A stretch of 54,864 nucleotides of DNA from an uncultured virus (IMG/VR IMGVR_UViG_3300009667_000002) (IMGVR_UViG_3300009667_000002:62001-116864); one strand, 5' to 3'; numbered from the stretch's first letter, positions 10,753 to 21,005 are shown. Program-made: numbers and translations. Notes: a model not told the origin generated them from the letters alone.

Positions 10753-10784
10753 TTTGGAATTTATATAAAAAATGTATATTTTTG
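10753..10784 (+). promoter_or_regulatory. Bacteroidota sigma70-type promoter
   Basis: TTTG 10753-10756, 20-nt spacer, TATTTTTG 10777-10784. Confidence 0.55.
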
Positions 10785-10814
10785 TAAAAAATAACTAATA
10801 AAAACTTTAATAAT

Positions 10815-11093
10815 ATGGCAAATTTAAAATTAGATTTAATTAATAAAATTAAAAATGACAAGTATTACGATGAATTAGAATTAGTACGTTTAGCAGCAGA
10901 CCCTAATATGCTTTATAAAAAGAAAATTGAAGAAATGCAAGACATTTTAGGTCGTATTTCTTTGTATAACAATCAAATAAATTTAATTGAACAATATTTC
11001 CGTGATGAACAACCACAACAGCAACAAATTCTTCAACAAAAACCCGTTCAACAACAAGAACGTATTCATCAAGGACAATCACATGGAGAATAA
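10815..11093 (+). CDS. Hypothetical protein with Q-rich tail
   Basis: 92-aa ORF after a promoter. Confidence 0.6.
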   Translation: MANLKLDLINKIKNDKYYDELELVRLAADPNMLYKKKIEEMQDILGRISLYNNQINLIEQYFRDEQPQQQQILQQKPVQQQERIHQGQSHGE

Positions 11094-11095
11094 TA

Positions 11096-11290
11096 ATGAA
11101 AATTATTAACGAAATATATCAAATTTTATTTATATCTTCCATAATTTTTATAATAAAAATTATAACTAATTTATCTATAAAAGTTTATGGAAGATTTAAA
11201 TTAAAAAAAGAAACCCGTTTTACTCTAACCAATATTGAGAAATTGATATTATGGGTTTCTTTAACAATATTTCTTTCATATATTTTTTAA
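11096..11290 (+). CDS. Small two-TM membrane protein
   Basis: 64 aa, two hydrophobic segments. Confidence 0.55.
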   Translation: MKIINEIYQILFISSIIFIIKIITNLSIKVYGRFKLKKETRFTLTNIEKLILWVSLTIFLSYIF

Positions 11291-11295
11291 AAAAA

Positions 11296-11853
11296 ATGGA
11301 AATGACAATACATGAAATATTAAAACAATCAGACGAATATTTAAAATCGTTTGAGAAAAATACAATTGATGGTTGGTGGGAATTGGAAGTTGGATTACCA
11401 AAAGGTTGGGTTTTTAATAATAATAAAGATATTGAATGTGAATTATTACAAGAAAAAGAACTTGGTAATATTGTTAAAATAAAACCAAAAAATAGTAAAG
11501 TAATTATTGATGATTTAATAAAATTTTTAAATATTATCATAATAACAAACAAAAAAATTGAAGAAAAAGAAAAGGAATTTACAACTAAAATGGAAGAAAT
11601 GAAATCTGTTTTAGAAAAAGAAGCAAAAAAATTTTATGAAGAACTTGATGAATTGAAAATTAATTCCTTTAAAAATATTAATAAAGATTTTGAAAAATCT
11701 ATTTCTACAACAGAAAATACTGAAGATTTAAAAAATAATAAAGATGAAAAATCTTCAACAACAAAAAGAAAAACAATAAGGAAAAAACAAATAAATGAAG
11801 AAATTGACTCTCAAAGCATTGAAGAAGAAATAGTTAATGATGAATTAAAGTAA
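11296..11853 (+). CDS. Hypothetical protein with C-terminal coiled coil
   Basis: GWWELEVGLPKGW segment; ATG 11296 avoids overlap with the upstream gene. Confidence 0.6.
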   Translation: MEMTIHEILKQSDEYLKSFEKNTIDGWWELEVGLPKGWVFNNNKDIECELLQEKELGNIVKIKPKNSKVIIDDLIKFLNIIIITNKKIEEKEKEFTTKMEEMKSVLEKEAKKFYEELDELKINSFKNINKDFEKSISTTENTEDLKNNKDEKSSTTKRKTIRKKQINEEIDSQSIEEEIVNDELK

Positions 11854-11859
11854 TGTTTC

Positions 11860-12207
11860 ATGGAATTAAATGATAAAATATTATCCATTGATTCAGATGA
11901 TGATAATTTGAAGTATAATGAATTTGAAAAATATTTAAATTCCGATACAAACAATAAAAAAAAATATTTTATTAATGAAGTCGAAAAAAGTGGATGTTTT
12001 TTATTGGATGAAATTGAAATAAAAAGAAAAAAAAATGAAAAGAAAAAAGACCAATTAATAGAGTATATTATTAAATATTCTGAATATTCAATAGAAGAAT
12101 TAAAATCATATTCTTTGGATGATGTTAGAAACATATATAAAGAAATAAAAAAAGAAAATAGACCATTTTTGTTAAAATTATTATACTATTTGTTTAATAT
12201 TGAATAA
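11860..12207 (+). CDS. Hypothetical protein
   Basis: 115-aa ORF in operon. Confidence 0.55.
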   Translation: MELNDKILSIDSDDDNLKYNEFEKYLNSDTNNKKKYFINEVEKSGCFLLDEIEIKRKKNEKKKDQLIEYIIKYSEYSIEELKSYSLDDVRNIYKEIKKENRPFLLKLLYYLFNIE

Positions 12208-12218
12208 ATTTCTTAAAT

Positions 12219-13001
12219 ATGGGGTTGTTTGATGATATTTTTAATAAATCGGTTATTTATGAAATGTTTTTCTTTAATGTAAAAAGTGTTTTAGAATATC
12301 CTGATTTAGAAATTTTAGAAAAAGAAAATCCATTACTTTTTCAATCTTGGTTAGAAGTATGCAAACAAAAAAATATTAATACTGAAACTATTGATTTTAA
12401 TAATTATTATTTAGAAAATGCAATATATTATCCCGAATACAATAAAATTATATCAATTACATTTGGTGGTGTATATAATGAAAATAATGAATTAAAACGT
12501 TATATAAATAAAATTGTAAATGATGAAGAATCAATTGTAATTGATGGTTTTTTTAATGTTTTAAATGAAATATCTAGTGATGGTATGAAATCACAACCAA
12601 AATATTTTCCTATACTTTCTGGTTACAATATTATTAATTATGACATACCTCTTTTATTTAAAAGATATTTAAAAAACATTAATAACATTAATAATATTAA
12701 TAATAAATTACCTCTAATATTAAAAAGAGCCTTAACAATTAAACCTTGGGAATCTGGTGTTATTGATATTATTAATTTATGGAATTTTAACGGTAAATAT
12801 GAAATAACACCATTATCAACAATAATAAATTTTCTAAATCTAAAAAGAAAATTAGAATTACTTACACCATTTGAATTATCTAAATATTATTGGGATAATA
12901 TAAAGAAGGATAAAGAAAAAACATTAGAATATATATCATTACAATCAGCAAATCAAACAAACATTATAATTCAAATAATAAATAAACTAAGAATAATTTA
13001 A
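12219..13001 (+). CDS. PolB-related DEDD 3'-5' exonuclease-like protein, catalytically degenerate
   Basis: Exo II-like GYNIINYDIPLL kept; Exo I position reads FFNVKS instead of DxE. Confidence 0.6.
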   Translation: MGLFDDIFNKSVIYEMFFFNVKSVLEYPDLEILEKENPLLFQSWLEVCKQKNINTETIDFNNYYLENAIYYPEYNKIISITFGGVYNENNELKRYINKIVNDEESIVIDGFFNVLNEISSDGMKSQPKYFPILSGYNIINYDIPLLFKRYLKNINNINNINNKLPLILKRALTIKPWESGVIDIINLWNFNGKYEITPLSTIINFLNLKRKLELLTPFELSKYYWDNIKKDKEKTLEYISLQSANQTNIIIQIINKLRII

Positions 13002-13026
13002 AAATATAATATTTTTATTTCTATTC

Positions 13027-13059
13027 AAAAAACGAATGATGAATCATTCGTTTTTTTTT
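13027..13059 (+). terminator. Intrinsic terminator
   Basis: AAAAAACGAATGAT-GA-ATCATTCG followed by a T9 run. Confidence 0.75.
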
Positions 13060-13146
13060 GTTTGTTTTTGTAGAAACAATTTAACTTTTCGTTGAATTAG
13101 GTATTTATAATAAAAATAAATTGTTATACATAACATAATAAATCTT

Positions 13147-13905
13147 ATGGTTGATTTTTTAAGTCCAATAAATGCTAAACAAATAAAAAGTAATATATAT
13201 ACAGGTGAAACTTATTATGGTGGTAAATTTATTGGTGATGGTAGTGAATTAACGGGTTTGGATTCACCATATGACCTTGCATTTGCATTAACTGATGAAG
13301 ATAGCGAAATTACAACAGGTGAAACAGTTCAAATTTATATAACAAGAGGTTTTATTGTTGAAAAAATTACTCTCGTCCTTAATGAAAAACCAACTGGTGG
13401 TAATTTTATTGTAGATTTAAAAGTAAAAAGAAACGATAGTTGGTATAATATCGGTGAAATTATTGTAAGTGCAAGTACAACACAAGGTTCAATTACTGAA
13501 TTTGAAACTGAAATTTTTGAAGATGGTGATTTAATTAAAGCAGAAGTTAAACAAATAGGTGTTTTAGATGCTGGTTCTGGTGCTAAAATATATATTAAAG
13601 GTTCGATGAATGGTATGTGCAATGATGGCTTTAAAAAATTAGAAACTAGCGGTAATAAAACTTGGGGCGATGAAAGTTCTAACACGTATTTTTCAGATAT
13701 TTCAACTGATAATTATGACATTAATTTGAATTCTGGAATAACTAAGTCCATAATGATTTTTCAAAAAGGTAATGCTGAAGGTGAATTTAAAGCAGGTAGT
13801 GGTGTTACATTATTTGGTTTTGGTTTAAAAACAAAAATGGGTAATGCTACAACAGTATATCCATTTACCCCAAAAGAATATCATATTATTGGGGGATTTG
13901 AATAA
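13147..13905 (+). CDS. Probable virion or tail-associated protein
   Basis: G/T/S-rich beta-type composition, FIGDGSELTGL segment, late-type motif at 13101. Confidence 0.5.
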   Translation: MVDFLSPINAKQIKSNIYTGETYYGGKFIGDGSELTGLDSPYDLAFALTDEDSEITTGETVQIYITRGFIVEKITLVLNEKPTGGNFIVDLKVKRNDSWYNIGEIIVSASTTQGSITEFETEIFEDGDLIKAEVKQIGVLDAGSGAKIYIKGSMNGMCNDGFKKLETSGNKTWGDESSNTYFSDISTDNYDINLNSGITKSIMIFQKGNAEGEFKAGSGVTLFGFGLKTKMGNATTVYPFTPKEYHIIGGFE

Positions 13906-13908
13906 TGA

Positions 13909-14129
13909 ACTGAGTTAATTTATCTTAGTTTTTATGGTGATAATAGAATTTACCAGCAACAATCAGAGTTGCTGAGTATTCTAATAGTCCAAAAATAACT
14001 AATATTGTAAGTGCTTCACCTTTGGTTGATGGTACAGATGTTGAGCAAGCAAAATATTGGATTAATCAAATTCTTGGTCATACTGGTATTACAACATTTA
14101 GATTAAATTCGACAAACATAACCCTATAA
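13909..14129 (+). pseudogene. Gene remnant without a start codon
   Basis: 60-codon open stretch 13947-14129 (NLPATIRVAEYSNSPKITN...) with coding-like composition and no ATG; a short coding-like stretch in another frame precedes it. Confidence 0.4.
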
Positions 14130-14160
14130 TTTATAATATTATCAGCAAATTAAATAATTA

Positions 14161-14316
14161 ATGAAAAACGATGGAAAAAAATATTGGGATAGTCTTTCTG
14201 AAAATGAAAGAATTGAATTATTGGAAAATTATGATTATTGGGATGGATTTAGATTCTATAAATATGAATATCTTCCCAATGATTTGAAGAAAATTATTAA
14301 TAATGAAATTAAATAA
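14161..14316 (+). CDS. Small hypothetical protein (51 aa, MKNDGKKYWDSLSENERIELL...), not in the ORF track
   Basis: ATG 14161 to TAA 14316. Confidence 0.55.
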   Translation: MKNDGKKYWDSLSENERIELLENYDYWDGFRFYKYEYLPNDLKKIINNEIK

Positions 14317-14320
14317 TTAA

Positions 14321-14617
14321 TTATGTTTTATCTACCCACTTTAAATTTTCTTCAAACTTACCATTAATATATTCAGCATCATAGAATTCATCGAAAGTAT
14401 TTTCATTCATATATGCTCTATTCATTTTTTTTTCACCATATAAAAGATAGTTTATTAAATCAATAATGGTATGAAAAAAAATGTACATATTGTCATTATA
14501 ATAATATGTTAAGGTATTTGACCAATTATCATCAATCGAATAATTATATAGAACACCAATATTTTTATTAGTGTTTGAAAAATTTTCTTCGTGAATTGTT
14601 TTTATTTTTGTTTTCAT
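14321..14617 (-). CDS. Hypothetical protein
   Basis: 98-aa ORF downstream of the M23 gene. Confidence 0.55.
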   Translation of the reverse strand: MKTKIKTIHEENFSNTNKNIGVLYNYSIDDNWSNTLTYYYNDNMYIFFHTIIDLINYLLYGEKKMNRAYMNENTFDEFYDAEYINGKFEENLKWVDKT

Positions 14618-14621
14618 ATTA

Positions 14622-15206
14622 TCAATTTTTTACAATTAAATTATTATTAAGATGAAAAAATTTTAATGGATTTTCTATTCTCTTATTTTTATGAATTTCA
14701 TAATGTAAATGCGGTCCTGTTGACATACCAGTATTTCCACTTTTTGCAATTAATTGACCTTTATATACAATATCTGTTTCAGAAACATATATATTTTTGC
14801 TTAAATGTCCTAATAATATTTCAAAACCAGCAGAATTTTTTATTATTATATTATTACCATACCCATTTTTAGATTTTTCTACTTTAGTTACAATACCATT
14901 CATTGGTGCATAAACATTAGTATTTATTCTAACACCAATATCAACACCTTTGTGAAATATTATTTTTTTATAAATTGGATGCATTCTTAATCCAAAACCA
15001 GACGTTATTTTAGCATTAATGTCTTTAATTGGCGATTGGTCGGGATAAAAATCTAATAAGTTAAAATTTCCAAAAATAACATCATCAACAAATTCATATG
15101 GATTTGTTTTTACATTAATTTTATCGTTTGTATTTGTTGTAGAACTTGAATTAGTAAAAAAAATAAAATTAATTAATAATATTAATATTAAGTTATATTT
15201 TTTCAT
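14622..15206 (-). CDS. M23 family metallopeptidase with signal peptide
   Basis: HKGVD (HxxxD), GYGN, STGPHLHYE (HxH); hydrophobic N-terminus. Confidence 0.92.
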   Translation of the reverse strand: MKKYNLILILLINFIFFTNSSSTTNTNDKINVKTNPYEFVDDVIFGNFNLLDFYPDQSPIKDINAKITSGFGLRMHPIYKKIIFHKGVDIGVRINTNVYAPMNGIVTKVEKSKNGYGNNIIIKNSAGFEILLGHLSKNIYVSETDIVYKGQLIAKSGNTGMSTGPHLHYEIHKNKRIENPLKFFHLNNNLIVKN

Positions 15207-15440
15207 AATTACTAAGTTTTAATGATTATTTTATTGATAATTAGTTAAATAGGTTGTTGTTTTTTATGATATTATTGATTATTAATAACTCTATTAAACT
15301 AAAATTCCCAGAATTTTTTAATATTCTGGGTGTTTTTTTGTTATTGTAGGAATAACGAAAGAAACATTTTTTTTTTGGTTTTATTTTTTTTATGTATAAT
15401 TTATTAATCATATTTAGATATAAATAGTTTTAAATTTTTA

Positions 15441-16166
15441 TTATTCAGAAATTGTTTTATTTTTTTTCTTCTCATTTATCCTTTTAAGAATATTTAATGG
15501 AGTAAATTTAAAAAGAAAGGAATCATTAATTCTTTCAAAATCAGTTTTTTTTGCTAAAGAAAAAAGTTTATATATATTTTTTTCAAAATCTAAATTATTA
15601 TCAAATTTAGATAAATTATAATATTTAAAGGCATTAAATTTAATTTCATTAGATTTATTTTTGTTTATGTATATTGTTTTATGATTTAAATAGAAAAAAT
15701 GGTCGATTTTATTGTATTGTATTGGTTTTACCAATCCTAAAATTAATGTATTGTTACTATAATAATTCCTATAAATCATTTCCATAAATTCTTTGGTAAC
15801 GTCTTTCTTTCTATATTCTTCTTTAAGAATTAAAGAATGTATAATAATAAATCTCTCATAATTATTTAAACTTATTGATTTATTATTTAATTCTTTTTTT
15901 AATTCACCATATGAATCTTCAAAATCATAAAAATTAATTAATTCATTAATGGAAATATTTAAGTCTTTACATAATTTAATATTCCATATTGAAAAATTAT
16001 ATTCACCAATTAATTCGGGTTTGTTTTTTTCTTCGATTCTTAATTTTAATATTTCCCCATCACATTCAGTTATTATATTATCGTTATCATTAATAAAATC
16101 ATGATTTTTTTGATAACATACTGTTTTGAATGTAATATCATTCCATAATTTAATATTATCTTTCAT
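15441..16166 (-). CDS. Hypothetical protein, possible divergent GNAT fold
   Basis: IIHSLILKEEYRKKDVT resembles GNAT motif A; has its own ECF-like promoter. Confidence 0.45.
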   Translation of the reverse strand: MKDNIKLWNDITFKTVCYQKNHDFINDNDNIITECDGEILKLRIEEKNKPELIGEYNFSIWNIKLCKDLNISINELINFYDFEDSYGELKKELNNKSISLNNYERFIIIHSLILKEEYRKKDVTKEFMEMIYRNYYSNNTLILGLVKPIQYNKIDHFFYLNHKTIYINKNKSNEIKFNAFKYYNLSKFDNNLDFEKNIYKLFSLAKKTDFERINDSFLFKFTPLNILKRINEKKKNKTISE

Positions 16167-16195
16167 TTTATTTTATAATATATTTTTATGGATAA

Positions 16196-16221
16196 TACGA
16201 TATTTTTTAAAAAATGTTACA
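16196..16221 (-). promoter_or_regulatory. ECF-like promoter TGTAAC-N16-CGTA
   Basis: + strand TACG 16196-16199, TGTTAC 16215-16220. Confidence 0.7.
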
Positions 16222-16231
16222 AATAATTAAA

Positions 16232-16456
16232 TTATTCTTCCAATGAAAATTCTTCGGCAACCATAACCAGTATATTAGATGGTATTGCTTTTTTTCTTTT
16301 ATTTAATGAATCAACAACTAATTTGGTTATATGGTGTTGTGTAAAAATTTCACCTAAATTCATCCAATTTCTGTCGGTTGTTGTAATTAATAATTCTTCA
16401 GTATCATTATCATATACCTTAACTGTTATTCTTGGTGATTTTTTTATGTATTTCAT
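16232..16456 (-). CDS. Hypothetical protein
   Basis: 74-aa ORF overlapping its upstream neighbour by 4 nt. Confidence 0.55.
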   Translation of the reverse strand: MKYIKKSPRITVKVYDNDTEELLITTTDRNWMNLGEIFTQHHITKLVVDSLNKRKKAIPSNILVMVAEEFSLEE

Positions 16457-16719
16457 TTTGCTTCATTATTAGTTTCTTTATTTTCTTTTTTTAGATTATT
16501 TGCAATTGGTATTAGTGCAAACACATTAAAATATAATAATTTTACAATCCAAATTATTCCAACCCATTGCATATATTTAATTTCAATTTTAAACAAATCA
16601 AATAGAAAAAATTTCCATGTAAAATTTGTAAAAATTGCAAATAAAAAGGATTCCAATAAATAGTAGATTATAATTGGAATTAAACCTAAAAATTTTATTA
16701 TATCATTCATATTAAACAA
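16453..16719 (-). CDS. Small membrane protein
   Basis: Two hydrophobic segments. Confidence 0.55.
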   Translation of the reverse strand: MFNMNDIIKFLGLIPIIIYYLLESFLFAIFTNFTWKFFLFDLFKIEIKYMQWVGIIWIVKLLYFNVFALIPIANNLKKENKETNNEAK

Positions 16720-16745
16720 TATTTTATATATTTTATATTATCAAA

Positions 16746-17303
16746 CTATATTTTATTCATTATGTATTTCCAAACTTTACTACATTCTCTAATTTGATGT
16801 TTACAATCATCAATAGGATGATGTTTAATGACATTAGGACAATATTCAAGATTTTTTACATCAGGATATAATGATAATAATGTTCTAACATCACGTTCAT
16901 TTGAATATTTCCAAGGTTTTTTTAAACCACATAAATTGAATGCATTTTCTAATATTGGTAAATCAAAATATTTACCATTTGACCAAATTTGTAAATTTTG
17001 ATAATTTAAATTATCAAAAAATCTTGTGAATGATTCGAGAACCAAATCAATATTAAAATTTTCTTTTAATATTTCATTTATGGATTTTTTATCTTGATTT
17101 AACCACCAATATATTGTATCGCCATTAACAACCATTCCTTTATCCAAACATGATTGTAAATTAACAACGGCATAAAATTCTTCACCAATATCACCATTTT
17201 CAATATTAAATTCAACAGCACCAATTGATACAATTGCTGAATTTTTAACATTTCCCATTGTTTCTAAATCAATCATTAAATGACCATAAGATTTATTTTC
17301 CAT
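16746..17303 (-). CDS. DEDDh 3'-5' exo(ribo)nuclease, Rv2179c-like
   Basis: MIDLETMG, WSNGKYFDLPIL, RDVRT, HHPIDDC motifs. Confidence 0.85.
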   Translation of the reverse strand: MENKSYGHLMIDLETMGNVKNSAIVSIGAVEFNIENGDIGEEFYAVVNLQSCLDKGMVVNGDTIYWWLNQDKKSINEILKENFNIDLVLESFTRFFDNLNYQNLQIWSNGKYFDLPILENAFNLCGLKKPWKYSNERDVRTLLSLYPDVKNLEYCPNVIKHHPIDDCKHQIRECSKVWKYIMNKI

Positions 17304-17833
17304 TACGATAAATTATTTATTAAATTTTTATTATATTTATATATTTTAATATTTTCAAATTTACCAGACCAAAGAGGGTTGTTGTCATATAAACTACCAT
17401 CATTTAGTGTTTGTAAAAAATCAATACTCCCTGAATATCTTTTATTTTTTGTGTCATGAACAATCCAAATACCATTAATATTATTATATGGACTGTCAAT
17501 CCATATAGTATCACCATATTTAATTTTACCTTTATATCTATTATCAGTAGAATCATTAATTAATTTTTGTCTATATATACAATATAGCATATCTTGACTA
17601 ATTGCAACCCAACGAAGTTCACTTGCTTTTTCTATATTAATTTTTGAACCATCACCCGTAATTGTTGGATTATTATTACATTGTTCAATAACAGGATTAT
17701 AGATACTTCCCCAAACATTATCATAGATTAGAATATATCGTTCATCTATTTTAAATGTTATATTTTCTGATATTTTAATAAAGGAAAAAAATAATATAAA
17801 AAATAGAAATATTTTAATTAAAAATCGTTTCAT
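17303..17833 (-). CDS. 3D-domain (MltA/RlpA-like) putative cell-wall enzyme with N-terminal TM
   Basis: ITGDG, WVAISQD, KYGDTIWI, VHDT, SIDFL motifs; ATG 17833 preferred over TTG 17881. Confidence 0.6.
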   Translation of the reverse strand: MKRFLIKIFLFFILFFSFIKISENITFKIDERYILIYDNVWGSIYNPVIEQCNNNPTITGDGSKINIEKASELRWVAISQDMLYCIYRQKLINDSTDNRYKGKIKYGDTIWIDSPYNNINGIWIVHDTKNKRYSGSIDFLQTLNDGSLYDNNPLWSGKFENIKIYKYNKNLINNLS

Positions 17834-17927
17834 ATCTTTTTTTATTTTGGGCAAATATATAAATATTTTTTTTATAATCAAGATTTTATGTATTGGATTT
17901 GGTTTATTGTTTTTTTATTATTAATTT

Positions 17928-17953
17928 TGTAACAATTTTATTTTTTTTTCGTA
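17928..17953 (+). promoter_or_regulatory. ECF-like promoter TGTAAC-N16-CGTA
   Basis: TGTAAC 17928-17933, CGTA 17950-17953, 22 nt before the RNA ligase ATG. Confidence 0.75.
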
Positions 17954-17975
17954 AATTTTAAAAAATCTAAATATT

Positions 17976-18983
17976 ATGAGAAAATTAGCGACAATTGAAC
18001 GAATTACAAAAATTGCTCCTATTGATGGTGCAGATAAAATTGAATTAGCAAGTATTCTTGGTTGGAATGTTGTTATAAAAAAAGGCGAATATAATGTTAA
18101 TGATTTAGTTGTATATTGTCAGATTGATTCAATACTTCCAGAGAAACCAGAATTCGAATTTTTAAGGAATTCAAAATTTAGAATTAGAACAGTTAAATTA
18201 AGGGGTCAAATATCACAAGGAATTTGTTTTTCATTGGCAATACTACCAAACGAAATTCAAGAATATATTCATAAAACTAAAAATATTGTTGGTTATGATG
18301 TAACAGAAATACTTGGTATTATTAAATATGAACCACCAATACCTGCTGAATTGTCGGGTGAAGTTAAAGGTAAATTACCATCATTTTTTCAAAAAACAGA
18401 TGAAGATAGAATTCAAATATTACCAGATATTCCATTAACATATGGTGGTCAAAGTTTTATTGTAACCGAAAAATTGGATGGTTCTTCCTGTTCTTTTTAT
18501 TATAATAATGGTGATTTTGGTGTTTGTGGTAGGAAATGGGAATATGTTGAATCTGAAACAAATACAATGTGGAAATTTGCAAAAGAAAATGATTTAAAAA
18601 ATAAATTTAGAAATTTAGGTCGGAATTTAGCATTTCAAGGAGAAGTTATTGGTGAAAATATTCAAAAAAATAAATATAAACTAAAGGGTCAAACGGTTAG
18701 ATTTTTTAGAATTTTTGATATTGATAGGTATGAATATTTACCCTATGAAGAAATGTGTGAATTAATTAATGAATTGAAATTACAAACTGTACCTATTATT
18801 GATTGGAATTATAAATTACCAAACACAATGGAAGAAATATTAGAATATGCCGTTGGTAAAAGTAAATTAAATCCACAGACGGAAAGGGAAGGATTGGTTT
18901 TTGTTAAGTATGAATTGAAAAATCAGGGTAGATTGAGTTTTAAAGCAATTTCAAATAAATTTTTGATTGATAATAAGGAATAG
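17976..18983 (+). CDS. ATP-dependent RNA ligase, DRB0094-like (N-terminal OB module and nucleotidyltransferase)
   Basis: MRKLATIERI...IDGADKIE N-terminus, motif I TEKLDG, FQGE, EGLV, FKAIS. Confidence 0.9.
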   Translation: MRKLATIERITKIAPIDGADKIELASILGWNVVIKKGEYNVNDLVVYCQIDSILPEKPEFEFLRNSKFRIRTVKLRGQISQGICFSLAILPNEIQEYIHKTKNIVGYDVTEILGIIKYEPPIPAELSGEVKGKLPSFFQKTDEDRIQILPDIPLTYGGQSFIVTEKLDGSSCSFYYNNGDFGVCGRKWEYVESETNTMWKFAKENDLKNKFRNLGRNLAFQGEVIGENIQKNKYKLKGQTVRFFRIFDIDRYEYLPYEEMCELINELKLQTVPIIDWNYKLPNTMEEILEYAVGKSKLNPQTEREGLVFVKYELKNQGRLSFKAISNKFLIDNKE

Positions 18984-19016
18984 AATTTAATATAAACATT
19001 AAACGAATTTAAATAT

Positions 19017-20975
19017 ATGAAAAGTGAATTTTTAGAAAGAATTGAAAAAAGAACAAAAGAACTTGAAATAGTAAAAACTAAACTAAAAGAAAAATTTATT
19101 GGTATTGATAATGTAATTGATAAGGTTATTAATAATATTTCTTTATGGTATTTAACCCCTGAATTTCAATTCAGACCATTAATTATTTCATTATGGGGTA
19201 TTACTGGTGTTGGTAAAACAGATTTAGTTAGAACACTTGTTAAATATTTAAATTTTACTGATAAATTCATTGAAATTCAAATGGATGTTCAGAATGAATA
19301 TTTAACGAATATTGAAACATATTTAGAAAATAGTGGTGTAGATTCATCAGAACCATCCATTTTACTATTGGATGAAATTCAAAGATTCAGAACTGTTGAT
19401 GAAGATGGTAATTTATTGGATAATAAATTTTTTAATGATGTTTGGATGTTACTATCTGATGGTAAGTTTCAAAACGAATCCAATAGAAAAAGTAAAATAA
19501 TGGAAATGCTAATGGAAGAACTTTATTGGTATGAAAATGAAAATAATTCAGAAGAAAATGATAATGGAATAATAAAAAATAAACAAAAAAAATCTTATTT
19601 TTTTTGGGATGAAGTAAAAAAAGAATTAAGTGAAAAGCCCAAAGAGAAACAAAATAAATATAAAACCACTGTTTGGACTGCCAATAGAATGAAAAAACTA
19701 TTAAATTTAAAAATTCCAACAAGTGCTATTATGGAAATGAGTGTTAATGAACGTATTAAATTGTTGGAAGAAGCATTAAAGAGTAATGGTATTAATGAAG
19801 GTAAATCATATAAAAAGTTATTAATTTTTATTTCGGGTAATCTTGATAACGCATTTAATATGTCCAATGATGTTGATGATGTTGAAATGGATGCGGATAT
19901 TTATCATGAATTATCTAAAAGAATAAATATTATTGATATTAAATCTGCATTACTAAAACAATTTAAACCAGAACAAATAGCAAGATTTGGTAATAATCAT
20001 GTAATATACCCTTGTTTAGATAAAAAGAGTTATAAAAAAATAATAAAGAATAATGTTCAAAAAATACTAGATGAAATTAAAGACAAACATAATATTATTA
20101 TTGAATTATCTAATGAAATTTATGATATTATTTATAGAAATGGTGTATTTCCAGCACAAGGTGTTAGACCAGTAATTTCAACTATTAATACATTATTGGG
20201 AAATAATTTACCCTATTTTCTATATTATTTAATATTAAATGATGTTTTTAAAACAAAAATTGAGAGTGAAAACAATAAATTATTTATTAGAATTAATAAT
20301 AATAAAATTGAAAAAGAAATTGAATTAGAAATAGATAATATTCGTATAAATAAAACAGTTGACGAAAAAATGTTAACAATAGTACACGAAATTGGACATA
20401 CTTTGGTTTATTCAATACTTTTTAAAACACCACCAAAGCAAATAAATATAAATAGTACGGGACTTGGTGATGGATTTATTATTAATCACGTAACAATAGA
20501 TAATAAATCTTTTATTAGAGATAAAATTGCAATACTGTTTGGTGGTTTGGTTGCAGAAGAAATTGTTTTTGGTGATTCATTTAAATCAAATGGTTCATCT
20601 GGCGATATATCTGTAGCAACCAATATGGTTGGTAAATATATTCGTTGTTATGGTATGGATGAATATGTTTCCAGAATAACAACTGAAATGAAAGAACATA
20701 CAATGATGTCTGAATATAATTATGATGTTGATAAAACCAATGATATTATTGAAAAAATATTGAAAGAAGAAAAGGAAAGGTGTAAAAATATTATTATTGA
20801 TAATTTAAATATCTATAAAGAAATAGTTAAACAAACAATTGATAAAAATTCTATTTTTCCTGATGATATAATTAGTATATTTTCAAAGTATGGAATAATA
20901 TTAAATAAATCAGAAGTTAATGATAAAATCATATATTCTTATGATAAAGTTTTAAAAAAGTTTTTAAATCAATAA
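19017..20975 (+). CDS. Soluble AAA+ ATPase fused to a peptidase M41 (FtsH-type) domain
   Basis: Walker A GITGVGKT, Walker B LLLDE, FKPEQIARFG, GVRP; C-terminal HEIGH, GGLVAEEIVFG, GSSGD. Confidence 0.85.
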   Translation: MKSEFLERIEKRTKELEIVKTKLKEKFIGIDNVIDKVINNISLWYLTPEFQFRPLIISLWGITGVGKTDLVRTLVKYLNFTDKFIEIQMDVQNEYLTNIETYLENSGVDSSEPSILLLDEIQRFRTVDEDGNLLDNKFFNDVWMLLSDGKFQNESNRKSKIMEMLMEELYWYENENNSEENDNGIIKNKQKKSYFFWDEVKKELSEKPKEKQNKYKTTVWTANRMKKLLNLKIPTSAIMEMSVNERIKLLEEALKSNGINEGKSYKKLLIFISGNLDNAFNMSNDVDDVEMDADIYHELSKRINIIDIKSALLKQFKPEQIARFGNNHVIYPCLDKKSYKKIIKNNVQKILDEIKDKHNIIIELSNEIYDIIYRNGVFPAQGVRPVISTINTLLGNNLPYFLYYLILNDVFKTKIESENNKLFIRINNNKIEKEIELEIDNIRINKTVDEKMLTIVHEIGHTLVYSILFKTPPKQININSTGLGDGFIINHVTIDNKSFIRDKIAILFGGLVAEEIVFGDSFKSNGSSGDISVATNMVGKYIRCYGMDEYVSRITTEMKEHTMMSEYNYDVDKTNDIIEKILKEEKERCKNIIIDNLNIYKEIVKQTIDKNSIFPDDIISIFSKYGIILNKSEVNDKIIYSYDKVLKKFLNQ

Positions 20976-21005
20976 CATGTTTATTGGTATTTATTATAAA
21001 AATCT

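Noticed and set aside
12676..12705. AACATTAAT-type short tandem repeat in the exonuclease-like gene (NINNINNINN)
   Set aside because: Ordinary in-frame slippage in Asn-rich, AT-rich coding DNA
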